DNA from: Carcharhinus longimanus
Lineage: Eukaryota
Reading direction: 5' to 3'
Assembly (NCBI GenBank): GCA_030264375.1
Contig: JASCQW010000132.1
Coordinates: 75,193,029 to 75,257,028 of the forward strand
DNA: 64,000 nucleotides
The translations under genes and the position numbers were made by a program. The notes under the pieces are model-generated. The model saw only the letters and a list, made by a program, of their open reading frames with translations. It did not search any database and was not told where the DNA came from. Positions 12,794-25,120 of this stretch are shown here, piece after piece. Each line of letters begins with the position of its first letter. Within the stretch, counting starts at the first letter, position 1.

Positions 12794-13340
12794 ATGTATT
12801 TCCAGGTCAGGATGGTGTGTGGCTTGGAAGGAGGACCTGCAGGTAGATAGTGCTGCTCCCATTCATCTGGTGCCCTTGTTCTTCTAACTTGTGGAGTTCC
12901 TGGGTTTTGAAGGTGCTGTGGGAAGGAGCCTTGGTGCGTTGCTGCAGTGTATCTTGTAGATGGTACACACTGCTGTCATTGCAAGTGTAAAGTTGCTATA
13001 ATCCCAGAGAACTATAGGCTGCTCTCCCCCTCGAAAGGCAAGAGAGCTGGCTGATACTGGTTTAACCTGAGGATCACTACACCTCAGGTGAGGGGCAAGG
13101 TTGAGCCTTCATGAATAACCTCAGATGGTAGGAAAGNNNNNNNNNNCATGCTGTTGGCGCTGTCCTTCATTAGTAATCAGCTGCCCACTCGACTGAGTGA
13201 AACCTTTACAACAATGGTGGAGATAGTGAATGTTGAAAGTGGTGGAAGGCATGCCAATCAACTTGGCTACTTTGTTCTGAATGGTATCTAGCTTCCTGAG
13301 TGTTGTTGGAACTGCACTCACTCAGGCAAGTGGACACAGT
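12794..13340 (-). mobile_element. 3' fragment of the same LINE family as 60243-63476, interrupted by another tRNA-derived SINE (about 12985-13205, minus)
   Basis: ORF 13121-13321 (MSAVPTTLRKLDTIQNKVAKLIGMPSTTFNIHYLHH) matches the minus-strand translation around 60620-60730; the insert has a tRNA-like head and body gaggttattcatgaagg...cctgaggtgtagtgatcctcaggttaaacc. Confidence 0.75.
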
Positions 13341-13799
13341 GCTTTTTAGTCTAGGAGCATGGAATGATTCTCCAAATAGACAAGACAAAGGATTGATACT
13401 GTGTATTTTTTTAACCAGCAGCATAACTCCGCCCATCTCCACCCTCTACTCCCTAAATAGTTGATTTCATGAGATCAATTTCCTTTTCATTGACCAACTT
13501 CATCAACCTAGCAAAGTGCCTCCCCTAGATACACACAGGCAAGTCTAGGTATGTAAAACATCCCCATCTCGTCCGACTAGTAATCTAAAAAATTACACTA
13601 TTTCATCAATTTGTGACTACATATCCCAATAAATAACTTAGAATATAATGTCAACAGCTCCAATTGAATTAACGTCATTGATCACATTTGTTTTCAGTGA
13701 TATAAATGTTAATACATTCAGCTCTGATTAAAGTTCTGTACCTGAATTTACCTGAACCTGAATGGGGATAAAATCTTCTCAACCACCCAGAGAAATGTT

Positions 13800-16250
13800 G
13801 AGCGCCTTCATCTGCCGCTCACAAACACAAGACACGTTTTATAATGATCTCACTTGGGGAGGCTCGTAAAATCCCGTCCCAGGTCAACGGAGAATTCCGT
13901 TCTGCGAGTCTCGCCCGCCCGAAATCGGGGCGGGCGAGGCGGTAAAATTCAGGCATTGTGCGTAAAAATGTGAGGAAATTTGAGGGGGGGGGGGGGGAGG
14001 TGGGTGAAATAGGAAACAGCCAAATACTCCGTTGTGGTCGGTTTCTGTACCAGTGCTTTTTCCAACGATATGGAAATATAGGAATATTTGACTCGCTTTT
14101 AGCAACTTCCACAAATGATTAAGCCAAAGGAGATGTTCCATCTCTGGTCGATTTCCTTCTATGAATCATGATAGTAAGTTATCCCCTCGATAACGATTTG
14201 TAATTGCTGTGCCCAGCCACCGAAACTGCATTTACAATTCTTCTGAGATGGAAGACTAGCGACGTTTACAATGTTCGATTTGGAGGCAAAGTCAAGGGCA
14301 GCGGTGTTTAATGTAAATAACATTGACTTCTTTCAAGGTCGCCGGAGGTGAAATCAGAGTCTTCGTGTGGTATTTGAAGAGGCTGTTGCAGCTGTTCCTA
14401 TATGCCTGGTTGACTCCATTTTACCAACAACAATTAAGTCACTAAGTGGTTCTACAACTCGGCAACTTTACCTCCCAGGAGTGCAAATGCACTCATCTCA
14501 GTTTACACTGCACTAACACAGCCTTCCTTCATCAATCATAAAACCAGATGTACCGTCTCTGCTTTGTGAGAGGGAATCATACATTTTGGAGCATATCTTT
14601 TCGCCCAGGAGGGTTTCTAAGTGCCACGTATTGTGTTTACACTGCATCTTACAGCTTGCAACCAAAATAAACTAAGTAATACGCCAACAAGTGCTGGAAT
14701 GTTATGCTGATATTTAATTAATTCGGCTTAAGCCGCAGAATTAAGAATCAGAACAGTTTCTGAGAATGGTGTCAAGTTTTGTCATTGGACTCGGACGAGC
14801 ATTAAGACCAAGGGGAGTTTTGTAGCACTCGGAAGACGCCGCTCTGGAGATTCTTCCTATCACCGGTGCTGCCTCTCGGACCTCTCTGTTGGATGTGTGT
14901 GAGAGATGGAGAGAGCAGTGATCGAGCCCATGAACAATGCGTCAACTCAGCCAATACCAGCCTCACCACCAGCGACACGAGTGCAATCTCCATCCTACTC
15001 CAGGCAGACCCCCAGGTTGTCAATCATTTCTTTTACCAATGTTGGTCCAAAGTGGGGGAGGAACTTTCAAGCCTTTTTCTGCTGTGAGCGAGCTGGTGTG
15101 TTTTTATCTCGAAACAAGCTCACCACCAAGGTAACAAACAAAAAAACAAAGTTTTGAAGGGTTTCCCCAGAATCTTTTAATCACCTGGGAATGCAAAGTG
15201 GTTGAAGGATTGCAGAATCGCAGCCTGAGCAGGCAGCATCCGAATGAGAAAGCAAATCTGACCGCGCTGCGCTTGTCTTTTGGCGAATTACCCTGAGCCT
15301 TCCGTGCATCAGTTTTATAGAAACTCAGTGGAATTAAAACTCTGCTGCATTATTTTAAAAACAAATCCATCCGAATATGTAACTGACCACTCGTATTTAA
15401 ACTGATGCAAATATCAGGCAGTGCTTAGAAACTGCATAAAATTCTGACCATTGTAACCTGACTGTTCCCTTGATACACATGCAGGGCAGATATTACTAAG
15501 ACGAGACAAATAATAAATTGTTACCGCGACGAGAAATGTGCCGTTGTAAAAGTTCGACAACGTTCACATATCTTCAAAAGCCTGAATATAAATTTTATGT
15601 ATTTCACTGTAATTTGATTCAGGGCGGGCGAGGATTCCAGCTCCTGGGATCTTTCAACTTTTGTTGTTTTGCACCTTCTGATCCGAGATTTTCACTCCGG
15701 CTTTAGAGCCGCTCGCTTTGGTCTGTTTTTAAACTTCCCACAATCTTTCCCCGCGGATGGGCACACCACGCTCAAGTTGCCCACACTTTATCATACAGAA
15801 GAAATAGTAATTCATTGCAGGCAAGTAAAGAACGGAGGCAAATGTAGTGAATGAAGGGAGAGGAATAAAGAGGGGCAAAGTGACTGAATTCTACTGTTTT
15901 GCTCTTCACCCACTGGAGGGATGTTCAAAAGTGGAAAATCGTTCTGCGATTTGCCAATTGTTGAAAAAAATGTTAAAAGTCTAACTCAAGCGGATTGGCA
16001 TTCTTGTAGAGAACAACACCTGCGCTCGAAGAAGTAGCTACATGAGGTAGCTGTAAGTGATGTAATGGCGCAGTGATTAAGACTGCTGCCTCACAGCGAC
16101 AAGGACCCGGGTTCGAGTCCGAGCTTGGGATACTGTCTGTACGAGTCTGCACGTTCTCGCCAACGTCTGAGCGGGTTTTCTCCGATTTCCTCCCACAGTC
16201 TGAAAGACATGACAGTTAGGTGCATTTTAAATTCTCCCTTAGTATACCCA
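13800..16250. promoter_or_regulatory. Intronic CpG-retaining island, candidate promoter or enhancer
   Basis: Mostly unique sequence with visibly more CpG than the flanks; embedded repeats (MITE at 13857-13954, SINE at 16060) keep CpGs that have decayed in paralogous copies; GC boxes at about 13928 and 15621. Confidence 0.5.
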
Positions 16251-16340
16251 AACAGGCGCTGGAGTGTGACGACTAAGGATTTTTCCCAGTAACTTCATTG
16301 CAGTGTTAATATAAGCCTATTTCTGACATTAATAAAAAAT
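16060..16340 (+). mobile_element. V-SINE with HE1-like head and the alternative 3' tail (cagtaacttcattgcagtgttaat...aataaa)
   Basis: tggcgcagtgattaagactgctgcctcacagc...gggttcgagtcc head; the same tail is seen at 46250-46330 (minus) and 49795-49875. Confidence 0.85.
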
Positions 16341-16899
16341 ATAATCGATTCAGGGAACGTGTTTCCTAAAGGTTTAGACTTTAACCTCTGGGTGAGAAGC
16401 TCATGACTAACCACAGCAACTTTGTACTGGGAAAATGTATCCGAAGCCAGGAAGTGTAGTTGGAATATAAAAGGGACATGAATGGAACTGATACTGCAGC
16501 TGTTGGTTTCAAACCAGTGAATAGCATAAATGTACTGTCATATAGTTCATAGGCTTTTCTTTTAATTGTTCCTGAGTTTTTCTGTTAAATGTTTTACAAT
16601 TGGGATGTAACTTATGTAACTCTCAGTAGCTGTTGCCATTATCACTGGCATACATTCCTAGCTGCTCAGGTTCCCACAGTAGAAAAAATTGCCATCCCTT
16701 TATGAGGCTCTGTAACTGTTGCCATAACAACCTCACCCTGAAATCAACCATTTTCTCCAAATATCATCCCATATTATAATCCCCCTTTTGCAAGGTTATT
16801 GAATGCATTATCATCGTCATCATTCAGCTCCCAGCTCATCTGTTTCATAATTCTCTGTTGGAATCTATTTGCTTTGTTTTCCAATCTGTCCATACAAAC

Positions 16900-17870
16900 A
16901 ATGGACAATTGTAATCAAAAGCACCACTGGCATTTTCTGTAATTGTGACCACCCCTCTTTGTCCCTTGAACCATTCCACTAAAATTGATGCAGTAGAGAA
17001 CTCCATTCCCCACCACCTCCACCTGTTCTGGGTTTTGACATCCTTGTGACAACCCCATCTAGGCTGCTGCATACCCTCCAGGGTTTCAACGTAGCTAACA
17101 AACATCCAGCTATGACACCTCAGCCAATCTCCACAGTTTCACTTCTCCTGCATCCCGAGATTTTATTGTTGGCTCTTGTACCTCACTTGCCTCAGAGAAT
17201 ATTCATAAGCATGGGTTCAGTCTGGACATGCATGTTCATTACATCTAGTCAACAGCTTGACCATCACCCTCAATTCTATGACTGGACTGCTTTATTGTCA
17301 GACTGATTATTGATGAATCAGAACATTACACAATGAGTTTTCTTTATTCAGTTCCTGACAAAACTATAGATTCTGGGACAGACACATTACTGGCTTTTCA
17401 AAACTGCTGATTTCAAAAAAAACAAGTTGTCAAGAATTTTGCTGTGTGCATCTTGTACTGGTCAAGTCCCATTCACTTAAATTTCCACCAATATTTACAG
17501 CTTTGCCCCAAAAGGGCACATTAAAAATTCTCATTGTTACTTACCAATCCTTGTATGGTTGCCCTCTATTTTACCTTTGAATTCTGTTCCAAACTTTATT
17601 GCATCTGATGCCCTTTCAGTCCACAGCACATCTTTCTTTCTACATCCAACTTACCACTCCGCCATCGATAGCATAGATATATAGATAGGTTCCACCATCA
17701 ATTCTCTGTAGTTACTTCCTTCACCCTTTAGAAACTTTCAGCAAACTCATTCTTTTGATAATGTTTGGTAATTTCTCCTAACTTTCTCACTGTTGCTCTA
17801 TGTCCATTTTCTTCCTTGTGAATAACTTTGTGTTATTTACTGGGTCATTTACTGTGTTAACTATTCTATC
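16900..17870 (+). mobile_element. Highly decayed L2-like LINE 3' region
   Basis: ttaaaaattctcattgttacttaccaatccttgtatggttgcc... and a downstream 3' UTR pattern resembling vertebrate L2; no intact ORF. Confidence 0.45.
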
Positions 17871-20723
17871 CAGCCGCAAGTTTTGTTTGTAGATGCTCAG
17901 TCCATTTTATTTGAGGTTTTGCATGGACTTCAAGTTCTTCTTACTTTGAGTGGCTAATTCCATCATTAATTGTATCCTTTCATTCCACATTGTTCTTAGT
18001 TGTAATTTCCCAGGAGGAAATCTGTATTCATTGTGCTAGAATTCTGTTTGAGCATGCCTTTGAAGTGTTACAATCACCCAAAGGATTTTACTTACTTCAG
18101 CTTTGATCACAATATAGGCAGATTTGTCAACCAAAATTCTCAGTAAATATTTGGTCAATCTTAAGTGATGTCTTCACCAGAATGGCCTGATTTCAAATCT
18201 TACTTTCTCCCTACACCCTGCTAATATTGAAAACCTTCCCCACCTTTTGATCTCACAGGATTGTTACAGTGCAAAAGGAGGCCATTTAGCCCATCATGTC
18301 TGCAAAGTTTTCCAATCGAGCATCATGACTGACTGCTATTTCCCTCTCCACTCCTCCTGCACATTGTTTCAATTCAAGACAGATATGGCACATAAACCTC
18401 TCAAGTGAACTTTGACTAGCTGTCATCATAAACCATCCAACTTTAATATAGAGATATCAATGTAAAAATATCACCAACAGAGTTTGTGTGTTTCATTGTT
18501 ATCTGTGATCAAATGCTTTTAAATGTGAGGTTAGTGGGCTTTCTCAGAATAATTTGTCCAAATTTAAATTATATAGCAGGAAGATCTTATGATTTTAAAA
18601 ATACAGATCACTTAACATCGCACACTTATCCCAAAAGTTTAACATAACATTTCACACACATAAGCCCACACTTATAGATACAGATGCAAGGGAAAAAATA
18701 AAGCACGGAACTTTTCCCCAAAATCTCTTAGTGTCATAATGTCAAGAAAATGGCTGTCCTCCATGTTAGTCTTTTTGGCAGGCTTCGCACTGCAATCTTC
18801 TGGCACTCTGTCAATTTTCTTGACAGTTAAGAGCTTTGCACTGATAGAGGGATAGGACGGACCCTAAATAAGCATTGAAGCTGGCTTCAGACTTACTGGG
18901 CACCATTTTTCAGGGTGCCCCAATCTGCTGGTGGTTCAGAGACCTCCTCCTACCTCCTTTGGGACATTGGAACCTCCTCCCTTTATCGGCAGTGTTGCTA
19001 TTCCCCCACACCAGCACAGGTCACCTGCATCAAGGTATCAGGATCCTCCTGATGAGTCACCTGGCAGATTCCGGACATTGTGCAAAGCTCCCTGTCATTG
19101 TGCATAAACCTACAAGCAAAGCATCAACACCAAAGCCTCTGTCACAGCTCCAACCCCACTCAGGCCCCATCCTCACTCAGGGCCCACCTTTGTGACCCTG
19201 ACTGTGACACAATTAGTGCCCAGCTAGGCACTGCCTGAATGCCAGGTGGGCACTGTCAGTTGCACTTTTGATGGGCACTGCTCAGCCATGCCCTCAACCA
19301 CCCAAGGAATTTAATGGCCTCCGATTCCCCCCCACCCCCCCACCCCGGCCCGGCTTGGCCATGGCACCCGCTCTCTGCTACTACAGAGCAGTAATCATTC
19401 TTGCTGGCGAGACATCATGCTGGCGAGGTGGGAAGCATCTGGGGAGGGGGGAAGCAATCATATCAGACTCAGTAATCATATGGAGATTCAAGAAGTCTTG
19501 TGTTAATGAGGTTCGTGCCCCTTTTGGGCACAAACCTGTTCTCACCAGTAAAATGTTGCCGAGAAAATAGCCTCTCACGCTAACTTCATGGCTTACCACT
19601 GAACTGGTAAAATCTCTCCCAAGATTTTATTTCAGTCTCTTTTGTAGTGGGCCTGTAGTTCATCGGATGAATTGAGCTGGAATAGTGGTTTTGTCAAAGC
19701 AGATGATTCTTAGTAATCTGCAAAGCCTCTTGTAGTTGAATTGCCAGAGAGATGGTTCTTAGCTGGAATTGGAACAGATTGGGGGAGAGTCCTTCCAGAA
19801 CTTTCAAGTTATAACTGTGTATTACCTTGGTTGCATGGTTGTCACACTTTTGGTTAGATGGGTTAAATGGTGTTTCAGGTGGTATTGTTATCCCTGACAT
19901 TTTGCACTTTGACCAACTTATACTAAACTCTTTTATCCAGCTGCTCTTTCTTACTCATGAGATGAACAAAGGACAAGGGTGGATTCACAGGTCAACCTAA
20001 TTTTATTAAAGATCCTTACTATTAAATCTCTATTTAAAAAATTCAAGTCTTAACTCTTAATATAACTTATTAACACACCGTACTATCTATTTGAGATTGA
20101 TGCTACCCACGCAGTTAAGTTTGGCTAGGTTGCAATTTGCCTTCACTGAGCCCTGCCAATTCAGATAGTTTGCCTCTGAACTCAAAGTTTCCTTCATGAA
20201 GGTTGGCCTCACACATCCTTTTCTGTCATTGCTGTGTCTTTGCTAGTTGGTTGAGCCTTTGCTGGGTGTGGCCACCAGGTGTTTCTTCTTATCCCCCTCT
20301 TCCCATTCTTCTGGAAGGCTTCCTGGCTTTCAGCCAATGAGGTTACCGGGCGGGTGTCACAGCAGCCAATGGGATTGCCAATCCATATATGGAAGATGAC
20401 AGGAGTGTGGTCCTCAGATGCATGGAGTGCACATAGCCCTTTCTATATACAGTAACTGAATCTGGCAGACACACAAAACAATATCATTATTTGATCAGAC
20501 TCAAGCACCTCTGGTCTTAGCTTCCAGAGTAAGACCAAGCTTATCCTTGCGTCTGACCTGCATCTGTGTTTAAATCTAGCCTGTCCAAATTCCTGTCAGG
20601 CCTGGCTGCTCAAGTTGTTGGCTGTTGTTTAATTTAGATTCTTCATTTCTGTATCCAGTTTAGCTGGTCAGGCCATTGGCCATTTGGCCACAGTTTCTGT
20701 GTCAGAACCATTTCAGCTGTTAC

Positions 20724-21084
20724 TTTATTTTTATTCATTGGTGGGTGTCGCTGGCTGACCAGCATTTATTGTCCTGGCCAGCATTAGTTGCCTGAGGGCA
20801 GTTGAGAGTCAACCACATTGCTGTAGCTTTGGAATCACATGTATACCAGAACTGGGAAGGATAGCAGATTTCCTTCCCTAAAGGATATTAGTGAACCAGA
20901 TGGGTTTTTCCAACAATTGACAATGGTTTCATGGTCATCAGTAGACTCTTAATTCCAGATTTTGTTTATTGAATTCAAATTCCACAATCTGCTTTGATGG
21001 GATTCAAATCTGGGTGCCCAGAACATTAGCTGAGTTTCTGGATTAATAGTCTAGCAAAAATACCACTGGGCCATCACCTCCCCC
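20724..21084 (-). mobile_element. Full-length tRNA-headed SINE (head+tail derivative of the 60243-63476 LINE)
   Basis: Minus strand begins ggggaggtgatggcccagtgg (A box) with a degenerate B box; the body closely matches 63195-63476 and is joined directly to the tail caataaatgctggtcagccagcgacacccaccaatgaataaa seen at 60243-60300. Confidence 0.9.
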
Positions 21085-22765
21085 TAAAGGCAGAGCATCG
21101 TATGCACCATCCATGGCTAGCCGAGGAAGTTAAAGATAGCATCAAATTGAAAGAAAAAGCATTCATTACTGTAACAATTTATGATAGCTCAGAAGTTTAA
21201 ACAGATTTTAGAAATCAGCAAGGGATTACTGAAAAAGATAAAAAGTGATGAATTAGAGTATGAATTTAATCTAGCCAGAAACGTAAAACAGACAGTAAGA
21301 GTTTCTATCAGCATTTAAAAAGAAAAAGAATAACTAACATAAGTGTTGGTCTGTTAGAGGGTGAGACTGAGAGATTAATCATGAGAATGGCAGAAATGGT
21401 GGAGTGTTGAACAGGCATTTTGCGCCTGTTGTCACTGAAGACATATAAAAGAAATCCAAAGGAGACCTGAAAATCAAGAGACACAAGGTGATGAAGGAGA
21501 AATTTAAAACATGCACAATCACTGGGAAAAGGTATTGGGGCAATTATTAGAACTAAAAGTTGACAAGTCTCTGGACCTGATGGCTTTCCTAGGATTTTAA
21601 AAGAAGTTGCTGCAAAGATAGTAGATGCATTGATGGTGACCTTGCAAAATTCTCTCAATTCTGGGAAGGTCCCAATGGATTTGAAAATTGTTTCTCGATT
21701 CAAGAAATGAGGGAGACTGAAACAGAAAATATGAAACTACAGGCCAGTTAACCTGAACTCTATAATAAGAAAAATGCTAGAATGAATTATTACAGATGTA
21801 AAAATAGGACATTCAGAAAATAATAAAATTTGGCAGAGTCAACATGGTTTTGTAAAAGAGAAATCACATTTAAGTAATTTGTGGATAAAGGGGAATCTGT
21901 TGATGTGGTGCACTTGGATTTTCAAAAGGTAGTTGTCAAGGTCCCACAACAAAGGTTACTTTACAAAATAAGAGTTTATGGTGCAGGGGTAACATTTTAG
22001 CATGGCTAGTGGATTGGTTAGCAAATAGGAAATAGAGAGTAGGGATAAGTAGATCATTTTCAGGCTGGTAAACTGTTACTAGCAGAATGCCACAGAAATC
22101 AGTATTGGGGCCTCAACTACTTATAATCTATATCAATGATGTGATGAAGGGATGAAATGTATGGTTGTTAAATTTGCTGATGACACAAAGACAGGTAGGA
22201 AAGTAAACTATCAAGAGAACATAATGAATCCACAGAGGGATTAAAAAAGGTTAAATGAGTGGGTAAGAATTTGGCAGATGGAGTATAATGCGGGAAAATG
22301 TAAACTTGTCTGCTTTGGCAGGAAGAATAGAAAAGAAGCATATTTTTTAAACGAAGAGAGACTACAGAGCTGAATTGTACAGAGGGATCTGAGTGTCTTA
22401 GTACATGAATCACAAAATGTTGGTATGCAGGTATATCAAAGTGACTAGGAAAGTAAATGGAATGTTAATGTTTTTTGCAAGAGCAATCAAGTATAAAAGT
22501 GTTACTATAGTATACAGGGCATTGGGTGAGATCACATCTGGAGTAACATGCACCATTTTGGTCACTTATTTCAGAAAGGATGTAAGTGCATTAGAAGCAG
22601 TTCAGAGAAATTTCAGACTAATTCCTGGAGTGCAGGCTTATCTTCTGAGGAAAGGTAGAAATGGAGCCTATACTCTTTGGAGGTGATCTTAGTGAAACAT
22701 ACAAGTTCCTCAGGGGACTTGACAGGGCAACAGGGTCACAGTTCAAAAATTAGGGGTCTGTCATT

Positions 22766-23090
22766 TAGAATCATAGAATCCCTACAGTGCAGAGAGGGAC
22801 CATTCAGCCCATAGAGCCTACACTGACAACAATCCCACCCAAACCCTATTCCCATAATCCCATGTTTACCATTCTAATCTCCTTGACACTAAGGGGAAAT
22901 TTAGCATGGCCAATCAACCTAACTGGCACATCTTTGAATTGTGGGAGGAAACAGCAACACCCAGAAGAAACCCACACAGACATGGGGAGAAAGTGCAAAC
23001 TACACAGAGAGTTACTCAAGGCCAGAATTGAACCCGGGTCCCTGGCGTTATGAGGCAGCAGTGATAAACACTGTCCCAACGTGCTGCCCA
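22766..23090 (-). mobile_element. HE1-type SINE inserted in CR1
   Basis: Reverse complement: gggcagcacgttgggacagtgtttatcactgctgcctca...gacccgggttcaattc...ctgtagggattctatgattct. Confidence 0.9.
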
Positions 23091-23283
23091 TTAAGATTGA
23101 GTAAAGTAGAAATTTTTTCACTCAAAAGGGTTGCCAGTCAAAGTAATTCTCTTCCCCTGGGAGCAGTGGAGATGAGGTCATTGAACATGTCCAAGACTGA
23201 GTTAGATAGATTTTTGATTAGAAAGGATGTCAAGGGTTATGAGGTGGATATGCAAGCATTGGACTGGAGTAAACACAGTAAGA

Positions 23284-23530
23284 ACTCTGTGTGGAGTCTG
23301 CACATTCTCCTCGTGTCTGTGTGGGTTTCCCCCGGGTCCTCCGGTTTCCTCTCAGTCCAAAGATGTGCAGATTAGGTTGATTGGCCATGCTAAGATTGCC
23401 CCTTAGTGTCCTGGGATGTGTAGGTTAGAGGGATTAGAGGGTAAATATGTAGGGATACGGGGGCAGGGCCTGGGTGGGATTGTGGTCGCTGCAGACTTGA
23501 TGGGCCGAAGGGCCTGTTTCTGCACTGAGG
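23284..23530 (+). mobile_element. 5'-truncated HE1-type SINE flanked by Penelope terminal-repeat fragments
   Basis: ctctgtgtggagtctgcacattctcc...gggccgaagggcctgtttctgcactg; flanked by ttggactggagtaaacacagtaagaa (left) and cctggtgttgtgagacttctta (right). Confidence 0.8.
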
Positions 23531-23729
23531 TAAACACTTCCCTGGTGTTGTGAGACTTCTTAAAGGGTTATGGGGGCAGACAAGAAAGTGGAGTTGAGGC
23601 CACAATTTGATCAGCCATGATCTTATCAAACAGGGGAGCAGGTTCAATGGGCAGAATGGCCTACTCCTGCTCTTCATTTTTGTGTTCTTCTGTAATTATT
23701 TGACAGTTATTCTCTTTTTGGCAGCGCTG

Positions 23730-23890
23730 ATTACAGGATAAATGTTGGCGAGGACACCAGAAGAATTGGAAACAGATTTTTTTTCACATCCACCTGACCA
23801 AACAGATGGAGCCTCAGTTTAATGTCTCATCTGAAAGACAGTATATCTGCCAATTCAGCTCCAAACTGAAGTGTCAGACTGCATTATGTA
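23730..23890 (-). mobile_element. DeuSINE (AmnSINE1/SacSINE1-like Deu domain) fragment
   Basis: acatccacctga...cagatggagcctcagtttaatgtctcatctgaaagacag...gtgtcag is the reverse complement of the conserved Deu-domain core. Confidence 0.75.
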
Positions 23891-24669
23891 GTGACTCTAC
23901 AGAACAACTGTTAATGCTGCTATCACGTGTATAAGATACTTGATCTGGGATGTCTAGGATATGAAGGTATGTTTGAAAGTGAGACTTCCAGCTTTTCTTT
24001 TTTTAAAAAAGATAATCAAAATTAGGGAATTCAATGCCAGGGGGAGAGGGGGGTGGCATGGAAGTACTTTTCATTTTAGCACATACTCTCTTCTGAAGTG
24101 TTGCAAATCAGACTAAAGGACTATCAGATCCAACTTCGAAAAAGCACCCACTACTGCACTAGAATGGTAGCTTTGCTATTCTCTATGCCATCTGCCTTTG
24201 GGCCTACATGAGTGGTATTATGAGTTGGAACTAGCTCAATGCTGCAGGACTGTCTACAACAGGAGCTTGATTCAGACTCATTTCAATTAGGATCCTTTAA
24301 ACCAACACAGGAGACTTTCAGGCCTTCATCTGAATTAGACAGGACTCCAAATCTCAACGGTGGAAGCATCAGTGTATAACCCAATGTGCAATTTGGTTTC
24401 CATAGAGTCATGCGTGTGTCTATCATTTCTTTGGGAAAGTCTCAAAGTACTTCACATTAAATACATTTAAAGTATAAAGATGACAAATACAGCAGCCAAT
24501 ACATACACGGTGAGAGCTATGAACCAGCTGTTCATTCTTGGTGAGGCTGACGGCCTGAATCAAAGTCATGAACGATATTCCAAGTGACCACGACCATGGT
24601 GCATTTTCTTTCCTTGTCCCCTTTGACCTGTCTGCAACATTTATACAATCATATACATACCTACTCCTG

Positions 24670-25120
24670 TTTTGGAGGCAGTTCAGGGAAAGCTCACTTG
24701 GTTGATTCCTGGGATGATGGGATTGGGCCTGTACTCATTGGAGTTTAGGAAAACAAAAGGTGATCTTGTTGAAACATAAAGGATTCTGATGGGGCTTAAT
24801 AGGTAGATGCTAAGAGGATGTTTCCCATCATGAGAGAATCTAGAACAAGGGAGCAGAGATTCAAAATAAGGGGCTGCCCATTTAAAATGGAGATGAGAAG
24901 GAACGACTCAGGAGTTATTAGTCTTGGCAATTCTGCTCCGAAGAGAGCAGTAGAAGCTGGGTCATTGAATTATTCAAAGCTGAGTCTGGAAGATTTTTGA
25001 TCTACAAGAGTGAAAGTTAATGGGGGTGAAGGTCTGGTTGGGGGATTGGGGCGAGGGGGGGTATTGCAAGATCAAAGAGTGAAGTATCCTATTCCAACTC
25101 TTATTTCTTATGCTATGTTC
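24670..25120 (+). mobile_element. CR1 3' fragment
   Basis: GLYSLEFRKTKGDLVET...RMFPIMRESRTREQRFKIRGCPFKMEMRRN. Confidence 0.85.

Larger units (their letters stand above)
21090..23690 (+). mobile_element. CR1 LINE ORF2 (RT region to 3' UTR), decayed, with nested SINE insertions
   Basis: Motifs KSLD(PG)DG, NYRPVNL, QHGFVKEKS, VDVVHLDFQK, PQKSVLGPQL, KFADDTK, LEAVQRNF; many frameshifts and stops. Confidence 0.9.
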
